DNA from: Callorhinchus milii
Lineage: Eukaryota
NCBI RefSeq assembly: GCF_018977255.1
Contig: NW_024704742.1
Coordinates: 115,012,001-115,076,000 of the forward strand
DNA length: 64,000 nucleotides
Direction: 5' to 3'
Under the pieces are notes generated by a model. It saw nothing but the letters and a program-made list of their open reading frames with translations, made no database searches and was not told where the DNA came from. Of the stretch, positions 42,014 through 52,400 are shown piece by piece. Numbering within the stretch: the first letter of the stretch is position 1; each line of letters begins with the position of its first letter. A program made the translations under genes and the position numbers.

Positions 42014-43330
42014 CTAAGACTTTTGAAGCTCCTTCCTCCTGTAAGAGTAAATAAACGTTTTTTAATGGATCAAATTACTTCATTTAACAAGAACTATTGA
42101 ATTAAGTCAGATCACACAGTCAACATATGACCAGACGCTACTACATAAAAGACTGGTTTAAACCAGAAAAAAAAAGGTTTATCTCAGAAGAGAAACAAGC
42201 AGGAAACTGACCAATACAACAGAGTCTAAGACGACTGAGAAATCTGCTGATCTTGTCAACCATGCATGTTTGGCCCCATGCAGCAAATACTTGTATCATT
42301 AGGAACATCCTTGAAATAAAGTACACTACAGGGCAAACACATGGCGGGGGAGATGGAAGGGAAGGGACGCTCACCAACAAAACGCCTTCCAAGAATACGT
42401 CCTCATCAATCACATGCTTGACTGCAGGAATGCTTGAACATTGTTTCCACAAGTCACAGTGGACTTCGGCATTTGAGTCTCTGCAAACCGAGCATATGAC
42501 AGCCGAACTCTGAAATTAAAAGTACAATAAATCCAGTACATCTGTTCAACAATGGCCATTTGCACATTAAGAATGAAGGTACTGAACATGAAATAGTTTA
42601 AAGAGCGCTGAGAAAAGTAAAATGGAAGAGAACACATGAATAACAACAACAAAATTACATTTGTATAGCGCCTTTCATCTCGGGAGGACGTCCCAAGGAA
42701 CTCAAGGAATATGGCGCAAAAACAACTACAAACAATATTTGATTGATAATGGAGCAAATTTGTAAGGTAAACTGACTAATCCTTGCATTTGATATAGTGC
42801 CTTATCACATTGTCAAGATGTCTCAAAGCGTTTAACAGAATATACTGTTAAGTGGATTGACTGTGTAATTTGTGGGCAAACTGCATTTTTTTGCACAGCA
42901 ATGTTCCACAAACAGCCATGGAGTGAGTGATTAATTTTATTTAGGGGATTTACTGGTCAGGACACCGGGCGAAACTCCCTTCCCTTTTCAAATAGTGCCA
43001 CTGGATGTTTAACATCCACCTGATCGCTTCGGTTAAACGGCACCAACATCCATGACAAGCGGATGATAGAATCCAATTTCGAAAGGACATAATTTAAGGA
43101 GCAAACTACTCAATTTACAGCAAATCAAAAAATACATGGTCCCAACTCAGTCCCAAGACCAATGTTATTTCATATTTTGAAACGCACTGGCAAATATCCA
43201 TGTGTTGATAGCGTAGAAGTGTGGAACTCTTCTGCATGTTGATGGATTTCGCTATGTCACACTCAACTAACAGAAAAGTATTTTAAAGCAAAGACAGACA
43301 ATACATTGTAACTAAAATAACTTGTGTCAC

Positions 43331-43672
43331 AATAACAAGATTACATTTGTTGCGCCTTTCACGTTTGGAGGACGTCCCAAGGCGCTGGACAGTGCACAGG
43401 ATTTCAGACCCGAGCTGGGGTCAGGGGGGGGAAGGGAGGGGAGGGGAAGGGGGGTGACCGATGACATGGTCAAAGAGGAGGGTCTTGAGGCAGGACTTGA
43501 AGGAGGCTACGGAGGGGTTGAGGCGGAGGGACTGGGGGGTGGAATTCCAGTGGTTGGGGGCAGAGTGGCTGAAGGCTCTCCCGCCAATGGTGGACGGGTG
43601 GGGCGTGGGCCGTGACCGAGGGCAACAACAACAACAACAACAAGATTCCATTTATAGAGCGCCTTTCACGTC
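43331..43672 (-). mobile_element. L2 3' fragment plus a second L2 tail
   Basis: [11 protein letters not shown]...FKSCLKTLLF; second (CAA)n tail at 43623. Confidence 0.85.
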
Positions 43673-44856
43673 GGGGGGTGTTGGGGTGTGTGGGGGGTGT
43701 TGGTGTGTGGGTGGTGTTGAGGGGGGGTGTGGAGGGTGTTGGTGTGGGGGGTGTTGGGGTGTGGGGTTGTGTGGGGGGTGTTGGGGTGTGTGGGGGTCCC
43801 GGTGTTGGGGGGTGTTGGGGTGTGTGGGGGGTGTGACGGGGGTGTGGGGGGGGTGTGAGGGGGGTGGGGGGGTGTTGGGGTGTGGGGGTTGTGTGGGGTG
43901 TGGGTGTGTGGGGGTGTTGGAGTGTGTGGGGGGTGTGGGGTGTTGGGGTGTGAGGGCTGTGGGTGCTGTTGGGGTGTGTGGGGGTGTGTTGGAGTGTGTT
44001 GGTGTGGGGTGTGTGGGGAGTGTTGGTGTGGGGGTGAGGGCTGTGGGTGCTGTTGGGGTGTGTTGGTGAGGGCTGTGGGTGGTGTTGTGTGTGAGGGCTG
44101 TGTTGGTGTTGGGGCTGTGGGGGGTGTGTTGGGGTGTGGGGGGTGTTGGGGTGTGTGGGGGCTGTTGGTGTTGGTGTGGGGGGTGTTGGGGTGTGTGGGG
44201 GCTGTTGGTGTTGGTGTGGGGGGTGTTGGGGTGTGTGGGGGCTGTTGGTGTTGGGGTGTGGGTGGTGTTGGGGTGTGAGGGCTGTGTTGGGGTGTGTTGG
44301 TGTTGGGGCTGTTGGTGTGGGGGGTGTTGGGGTGTGGGTGGTGTTGGGGTGTGAGGGCTGTGGGTGGTGTTGGTGTTGGTGTTGGGGTGTTGGGTGGTGT
44401 TGGGGTGTGAGGGCTGTGGGTGGTGTTGGTGTTGGTGTTGGTGTGGGGGGTGTTGGGGTGTGTGGGGGCTGTTGGGGTGTGAGGGCTGTGGGTGTGTTGG
44501 TGTTGGTGTTGGGTGGTGTTGGGGTGTGTGGGGGGTGTTGGGGTGTGAGGGCTGTGGGGTGTGTTGGTGTTGGTGTTGGTGTTGGGGTGTGAGGGCTGTG
44601 GGTGGTGTTGGTGTTGGTGTTGGGGGTGTGGGCTGTGGGTGGTGTTGGTGTTGGTGTTGGGGTGTGAGGGCTGTGTTGGGCTGTGTTGGGGGCTGTTGGT
44701 GTTGGGGTGTGAGGGCTGTGGGTGGTGTTGGTGTTGGTGTTGGGTGGTGTTGGGGTGTGAGGGCTGTGTTGGGCTGTGTTGGGGGCTGTTGGTGTTGGGG
44801 TGTGAGGGCTGTGGGTGGTGTTGGTGTTGGTGTTGGGGTGTTGGGTGGTGTTGGGG
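43673..44856. repeat. About 1.2-kb G/T-rich degenerate tandem repeat (GGTGTT, GGGGTGT, GAGGGCTGT) in ZFYVE16 intron 1
   Basis: Directly visible; source of the spurious 554-aa and Gly/Val/Cys ORFs. Confidence 0.95.
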
Positions 44857-45127
44857 GACCCTCTGTTGTGCCAATTCGCTGCTGTGTTTCACCACAAAAT
44901 ATACAATCGTCACTTCACAGTGTGTTCTATGAGGAGCGTTGAGGAGTCTCGAGGACGTGATGTGGAGCTTTACTATTACTGTTATTACTATTACTGTTAT
45001 TACTAAGAGAGGCCGAGGCCCAGCGCTCGGGCTCTGGATTATCGGTTTCCTCAGAGCCCTCAGACCCCCACAGACTGAGGCTGAGGCTGAGGTTGGCCGC
45101 TCCCTCCCTCCCTCCCGCTGTAGGGCC

Positions 45128-45275
45128 GAGGCTCGGGCCCGGGGCTCGGGGCCGGGGGGGGGCTCGGGGGGGGGCTCGGGGCTCGGGGCCGGGGGGGGGG
45201 CTCGGGGGGGGGCTCGGGGCTCGGGGCCGGGTGGGGGGGGGGGCGGTGGCTCGGGGCCGGGGGGGGGGGGGGCGG
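45128..45275. repeat. GGGGCTC / GGGGCC G-run repeat
   Basis: Directly visible inside the CpG island. Confidence 0.85.
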
Positions 45276-45440
45276 CTGTGAGCTGCTCAGCCCGAGGTCG
45301 GGGCCCGGGGTCCGGTTGTTGGGGACTCACTACTCACCCAACACTCATCGCCGACCTCAACCGCCGACTCCGCTCTCACCGCACTCCCCGCGGGGCCTCG
45401 AGAGGCCCAACTACTGCTGCGGACTTACACCGCACACACA

Positions 45441-45688
45441 CAGCGCCACCAGGCGGCAGCCAACGGCACCGCACCCCCCCCCACACACACACAGCGCCAC
45501 CAGGCGGCAGCCAACGGCACCGCACCCCCCACACACACAGCGCCACCAGGCGGCAGCCAACGGCACCGCACCCCCCACACACACACCCCACACACACACA
45601 CACACACACAGCGCCACCAGGCGGCAGCCAACGGCACCGCACCCCCACAGCGCCACAGGCGGCAGCCAACGGCACCGCACCCCCCCCC
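45441..45688. repeat. Minisatellite, 5 x CAGCGCCACCAGGCGGCAGCCAACGGCACCGCAC with (C)n(AC)n spacers
   Basis: Units start at 45441, 45492, 45538, 45609, 45648 (last lacks one C). Confidence 0.95.
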
Positions 45689-45806
45689 ACACACAGACAC
45701 TCCCCACCCACTAAGAATCTCTGGTTTCCAGGGGATACCAGACTCAATTGGTAGAATTATTAGGATTGGAAACTCCTATTTCACTGCAAAGGACTTTTAT
45801 TTCTCT

Positions 45807-46113
45807 TAATAATAATAATAATAATCCTTGCATTTGATATAGCGCTTTTCACGTCGGGAGGACGTCCCAAAGCGCTTCACAGAACACACTGTAAAGTGAA
45901 TTGACTGTATATTTGTGGGCGAACGCGGCAGCCAATTGCGCACAGCAATGTCCCACAAACAGTCGTGGATTGAAAATGACCAATTTATTATTGTTTTTGG
46001 TTTTTGGAGGGATTATTATTAGGCTCTGTGTGGAGTAAGGAAACTTGCCCAAGGTTTCACCCTGACCTGCCTGGAATTGACCCCAGGTCTCTCGCTTGCA
46101 AGGCTACAGGACT
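45807..46113 (-). mobile_element. tRNA-derived SINE (small deletion in head)
   Basis: Same family. Confidence 0.9.
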
Positions 46114-46152
46114 CAGACTTTCTCAATATATGTACATTTTATAAATAATATA

Positions 46153-46473
46153 CTTGCATTTGCACTTCAAGACATTTTAAAGCCCGTCAGAATATACTGT
46201 AAAGTGAATTGATTGCATATTTTGTAGGTGAAACGCGGCAGCCAATTGCACACAGCAGTGTCCCGCAAAGTGGATTGAATGACCAATTTATTATTTTGTT
46301 TATTGGAAGGAATTATTACACCCGGATGAGCGATCTACCAATCAGCTAACAACTGGGTTCCTACTTACTGCGTGTGGAGTAAGGAAACTTGACGGTCATT
46401 TCACTCTGCCAGGAATCAAACTGAGCTCTCGCGCTTGCAAGGCAAGTGTTCCAACCACTCAGCGACAGGACTC
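46153..46473 (-). mobile_element. Older, longer SINE subfamily
   Basis: Similar to 25068-25437. Confidence 0.85.
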
Positions 46474-46789
46474 CATGATGCCAATATATCATAAATAATC
46501 CTTTCACACTATCGCACAAGAGCGCACTATCAATTGAAACATCTTAAAGCACTTCACTTTGAGTGTTCTGTAAAATGTGGTGACAGTACGTGTGAAGGAG
46601 CTCATTTAATTTGTGCCCTTTGTTAAATAAATCTATTTCCCTATTAAAATGAACTTTACCCGTGTCACACAAGTAATACTGTTTTCAAAAGATTCGGAGT
46701 GATTTGGTGGCCAATGCTGAATCATATTCATTTAGTATTGATCATATTGCTGGATTAAGGAAAGATATAGATAATAACAGAAAACATGA

Positions 46790-47930
46790 AACAACAACAT
46801 CACATTTATAGAGCGCCTTTCACATCGGGAGGACGTCCCAAGGTGTTGGACAGTCGGGTCAGGATCCGAGCATGGGGGAGGGTTGGGGCAGGGGTGAGGG
46901 AAGGCAGAGAGGTGGGAGGGTGCGACCGAAGGCACGATCGAAGAGAAGGGTCTTGAGACTGGCCTTGAAGGAGGCAAGGGAGGAAGCGAGGCGAAGAGAC
47001 CATGGGATGGAGTTCCAGAGTGTGGGGGCAGAGAGGCTGAAAGCTCAGCCACCGATGGTAGGGTGAGTCGGGTGGGAGACATGGAGCAGCCCGAAGCCTG
47101 ATGAACGGAGGGAGCGGGCAGGTTGGTAGGGAGTCAGCAGGTCAGAGAGGTAGGAGGGGGCAAGGCCATGGATGGCCTTAAAGATGAGGATGAGGATCTT
47201 GAACTCGATCCTCTGGGGGATGGGGAGCCAGTGGGGTCGGGCGAGGGTGGGAGTAATGGGGTCACGGAGCCTGGTGCGTAAGAGTACACGAGCTGCAGTT
47301 TTGGATGATCTGCAGCTTGTGAAGGGAAGAGTTGGGAAGGCCGATGAGGAGGGAGTTCCCTTAATCGAGCCTTGATGTGACAAATGCGTGGGTGAGGGTT
47401 TCGGCAGCCTGAGGGGTGAGGCAGCGGCGGAGTCTGGCAATGTTGTGGAGGTGGTGGTAGGCAGTGGCGCGGATGTGGAGGAGAAAGGACAGTTCAGGGT
47501 CAAACAAAATACCCAGGTTTCTGACTGGCTTAATGAGGTTAAGTGCGCAACCATGGAGGCTGATGCTGCCAGGGCCCGAGGTGTAGAGGCGCTGGCGTGA
47601 GCCAATCAGGAGGGCCTCGATCTTGCTTACGTTCAGCTGGAGAAAGTTGTCCCTCATCCAGGATGTCCCTTGATGTCGGACAAACAGTCAGTCAGGACGC
47701 CAGTAGTCCTGGAGTTGAGGGTGTAGACAGAGAGACAGAGTTGGGTGTCATCCGCATAAATGTGGAAATTTACCCCATGTCTGTGCATGATGTCACCAAA
47801 GGGGAGCATGTAGAGGGTGAAGAGAAGGGGACCGAGGACAGAGCCCTGAGGGACACCACACAAGATGATGCAGGGATTGGAGGAGAAGCCGTTAGCTGAG
47901 ACGAAGTGGAGGCTGTGTGAAAGGTAGGAC
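46790..47930 (-). mobile_element. L2 (CR1/L2 clade) LINE 3' fragment with reverse-transcriptase remnant
   Basis: GVPQGSVLGPLLF...YADDTQL, NFLQLNVSKIE, HAFVTSRLD, HWLPIPQRIEFKIL in shifted frames; (TTG)n tail. Confidence 0.93.
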
Positions 47931-49052
47931 CTTTTGAAAAGGTCAATCCACTTTACAATATACCCTGTGAAGTGCTTTAAGACACCTTGATGATGTGATA
48001 AGGCTTTATATCAAAGGAAAGGTAGGAAAGCCTTTTTAAACATAACAATTGTTGGCAGTAAGAGATACAAAAAGTAACGGATACATTATTCAATTTTAAT
48101 TAATTACATAATTAGAGGTATCTAATTCCTTCTGTCCACATGTGTTTACATGTTGCATTGTTGACCCCATTGTAAGATTTGAGTCGTGTTATCACTCAGA
48201 TTTTACAGACAAGAGCATCACTTGACATTCCAGTCGCTAGAAGCATTGCTTTGATAAACCTACATTTGGTATAAGGATTCAATTTAGTTCCCTCTCATTT
48301 TACTGTAAAAAGGAAGTGACAATGAGGTGAAGCTTGTGGCACTTAGACAGGTTTACAAACAGTTCTTGAGGGTTCTGAGCTGCAGCTGAGATGCAGATTT
48401 CTGATGCTGCTCACAAGGGCTTGCAAGGAGTTTCTGGTATCTGCTATTCACCTAGCAAGGGCTCAAACCTTTGCTTGCCAGAAGTCTAACAATCAATTCC
48501 CAGCATTCGTTTACCTGATATATTCTGGTATACTGTATATTCTGGGACGTCCTCCTGACGTGAAAGGCACTTTACAAATGTAATTTGTTGTTGGTGGTGA
48601 TGTATGAGGTTAGAGCCTCTGTTATAGAGACAGTTTTCTTCAAATAAATACATTTATCCATTGTGCCTTTTCCCTGCAGAGAGTTTCCAACTTGCAGTTG
48701 GAGTGACAAAATAATGTTATGCAAATCAAATCAAATGGCACTGAAGTGTTAAACAACATTCTACCACTAAACATTTGTACAACAACAGAATTGCACTTGG
48801 TGCATCACTCACATAAATTTTGAAAGTCAAATGAAAATGACCAGGTCTAAACTTGTTTCAGTGAGGAAAGAAAGCAAATTATACACCAACACCAAAGGCA
48901 TTAAACGTGCCTCATGACTCTAAACATTGTACGTTGCAGGATATTAATGCAACTTAAACTGAAATGAGGAGAAATCAGGTTTTTAGGGATTCCCTTAATG
49001 TGATTTTTTTCTGCTACTCTATTAACAGATTCATCAAAAGACCCTGAAAGTT

Positions 49053-49430
49053 TTAATCCTCCTGTTTTGTCTCAGTGTCAACATTTTGTTCCATGAACTC
49101 TCTGCCACGATTCCTGTTGTCTCTTTCCTCCTGAAGAGTCTCTGTTGAACCTTCGACTGTTTGGGTATTGATCTGGGGCAAGGAATGTGTCCTTGAAATA
49201 GCCACACGTCTGCGTGGGTTTTGATCAACTAAACTGGAGCAGGTATTTCTGGACTTGTGTAACCTTTCTGGGCGCCGACAAGCTTTGCCACAGTCAGCAG
49301 CAGTAGTCTCTTTCCTGCAACCGTCCTGTTCTTTCAGTTGTTTAACATACTGTTCTTGTTCCTCCACTCTTCGGGCCAACATGTAACTAACCTTCCGCTG
49401 ATGTGCCAGGGCCTCTTCCTTATCATTTAA
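49053..49430 (-). CDS. CCDC125: CCDC125 last coding exon
   Basis: ggcag|[33 protein letters not shown]...ETKQED*. Confidence 0.93.
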   Translation of the reverse strand, partial: LNDKEEALAHQRKVSYMLARRVEEQEQYVKQLKEQDGCRKETTAADCGKACRRPERLHKSRNTCSSLVDQNPRRRVAISRTHSLPQINTQTVEGSTETLQEERDNRNRGREFMEQNVDTETKQED

Positions 49431-52400
49431 CTGCCAAAACAAAGAATAAATCCACATATACTCTGTTAGTAATTGGTAACTTACTGCATGAAAGCCAATG
49501 AGCACTTCAATGAATACTCTTCTGTGCTAACATATGTACAGTTAGCAAGATATTTGTGCAATAAAACATTGCATGTTATCAAGCCAATAATGGTATAAGA
49601 GGGGGCTTTACTTTATTAACACAAATCAAAGCCAAGTCCCATTGCTATGCAGCTTACTTCCATTGTAAATCGTGTTTTGATCTTGCACTCAATTTTATGC
49701 AAATGTAGCTCTTGCTGAATGTTCACTATCCAAGATACAAATGCTAAATAATAGCTAGGTGAATTAGAGAAACTTTTGTGAGAAACCCAAATGACTAAAG
49801 GAAAGTTTCCAGTGTACAACCTACAAACCAGGAAAGCCCCATGTTTGATCCCAGTGCTGAATAACTAGATTTATGCTAGAGCAATGGTGGGGCTGCAAAA
49901 ATCGGTATCTGTAGTACTGAGCGAGGGGAGCAAGAGTGGACAGACAGAAAGAAACACAGCCAGGGTCTCGCTAGACGTTCACTCTTGCTAAAAATTGAGC
50001 ATGCATGGAGTGGGTTAGGGCACCAACAATCTTATCTGTAATGCCCCTCAATGAGCAAACAGCCTTTTCAACACTAACTCCCTATCTAGCCTAACACATG
50101 CAGAATGGTTGCTATGGTAAGGTCCCTGCTAAGCGCACAGCTGATGTCTGTGGAACTGTAGCCCATCATGGCCATTGCCTTTAAGAGAAGGGACAAAAAT
50201 ATACATTCAGATATCTGATTTCAAAATAATTTTGAAATGGTTTTGAAAATGTCACTGAAGTAGCAGAACAACACAGTTGTATCTTCCTCCTGCTTATCAG
50301 TATCTTCTGTGTAGCAACCTTAGTAATATAACAATCCCACATCCAAGGTTTTTATTACCACGTAGAGTCCTGTAGCTCAGTGGTTAGAGCACTCGCTTTG
50401 CAAGCGAGAGACCTGAGTTCAATTCCAGGCAGGGCGAGACCTTGGGCAAGTTTCCTTACTCCACACACCTAACAATAATCCCTCCAAAACCAAAACCAAT
50501 AATAAATTGGTCATTTTCAATCTACGACTGTTTGTGGGACATTGCTGTGCCGAATTGGCTGCCGCGTTCGCCCACAAATATACAGTCAATTCACTTTACA
50601 GTGTGTTCTGTGAAGCGCTTTGAGACGTCCTCCCGACGTGAAAAGTGCTATATCAAATGCAAGGATTATTATTATTATTATTACCAATGCTGGTATTTCT
50701 TTTCAAATGTTTAGAAAAAGAATGCTATATTATTTTTAAAAATTATTCATATATATATATAAATGTTTGATAGTAAAGTGCTAATAAAAGTGTTGTATGG
50801 GATCTATCACCAGGTTAAAGCAAGACAAACAATGTGGGGTATTAAACTGCAAATCATACAGACCAAGTCTACCAGTATCTTCAGAATCTCTTGTGGATCA
50901 TCCAGTATTTCCAATTTCTTAATGTCTGCTGATGAATTGAGCAGCCCCTTCAACCTCTGCCCTAGAGAGCTATGAATTCCTGGCTTCTTATGAACAGGCT
51001 CTAGAAGGGATCAATAAAAATGTAACCATTACTCACCAGTAAAATCAATAATTCAGATTACATCTATGCACCAATCAATGTGATCCTGGGACACCAATCT
51101 GAGCTACAATTCAGTCGCAACTGTTGCACGACTGAACCTAATAGTGGATGCAGGTAAATTATCTACATATAAATTCAACATTTTACTATAAGTCATTGCT
51201 TTGTAACAAACCCACCACGACACCGATTGAGAATTTACCCTTTTCCATGAGTCGGTTCCATGTCAGTCCCTTCAAGAGGTCTTTCCTATGTAGCTCTGTC
51301 ATCTTAGTCATTTGAAGAGTTTGATCATTTGTCCTCTTCAGCTGCTGCTCAAAGGCAATTCTAAAGGCATCAGACATCACATAGGCCTCCTCCTTTCGTT
51401 TTCTCTGGACATCAATCTAATGCAATGCAGTTCAGTATTATACATAAAGATATAGAACAAGTCACTTTCTACTGTACACTCAACAATTCACAATGGCACC
51501 AGCAATATACTAGCACATGTCAAGACTAGTCTTGACTGATATTCCAACAACAACTTACACATATATAGCATCTTTCACATAGTCAGAACATCTCAGAGTA
51601 CTTTGCAAAAACTGAGAGTGGCCGAGCTAGGAGGGAAATAGGGGGGAGGTGGCTGAAGGTATAGTAAAAGATAAATATTTAGTTGGGATTTGAAAGCACA
51701 GAGGAAGGGTGTGAGGTTCAAGGATTTCGGAACAGACTTCCAAAGGTCAGGGGCAAAGTATATGAAAACTCACCATCGATGATGCAACAGAGTGGATGGC
51801 AGGGAGTGGGGGCATGAAGTAGCAAAAACAACATTTATATTATGCCTTTCACATCGTGAGGGCCTCCCAAGGTGCTAGACAGTTAACAGTTGGCACCTGA
51901 GTTGGAGGCTGGAATCAAGAGGGTGGAGGGCAAGGCAGGGGTGAAAGACGATCGAAGGCACGTTCAAAGAGGAAGGTCTTGAGACAGACATTGCAGGAGG
52001 CAAGGGAGGGGATAAGGCGAAGGGAATCCAGGATAGAGTTTCAGAGGGTGGGAGCAGAAAGGTTGAAAGCCTGACTGCTTCATAATCCGACCTACATTCT
52101 AACACCACATGCCCTTCAGTCTCTTTTGGATTGAGGAATAAGTAAAACCTAAGAACAAAGATTGGTTCAACGATGAACGAATCACAGAAAGCTGTTCACG
52201 CACATTATTAAATACTTTATTCATAATAATAATCCTGCATTTGATACAGTGCTGTCGAGATATTTCAAAGTCCTTCAAAGGATTTTACTGTAAAGTGTTT
52301 TGACTGCATTTTGTTGGCAAATTTATAATTTAATCTTGTAATATGGAAACAAAGTGAGAACATTATAGCTTCTTATAATTAAATTGTTATACAAAGATAT

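Larger units (their letters stand above)
45010..45700 (-). promoter_or_regulatory. CpG island: ZFYVE16 promoter and non-coding first exon
   Basis: Very GC/CpG-rich; two adjacent GTGAGT donors on the minus strand (45337-45332, 45330-45325) upstream of the ATG exon, which has its own acceptor. Confidence 0.7.

Noticed and set aside
45441..45688. CRISPR-like look (constant repeat, variable spacer)
   Set aside because: Spacers are simple C/AC runs, the context is a vertebrate promoter and there are no cas genes.
43461..45754. Long ORFs (554 aa, 271 aa, 202 aa and others) rich in Pro/His/Thr or Gly/Val/Cys
   Set aside because: They are translations of low-complexity repeats that lack stops in several frames; no domain or splice support.
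47045..47899. Reverse-transcriptase ORFs as an active element or novel RT system
   Set aside because: 5'-truncated, frameshifted L2 relic of an abundant family.
50365..50440. tRNA-like sequence with A and B boxes
   Set aside because: It is the head of a multi-copy SINE continuing into core and tail, not a stand-alone tRNA gene.
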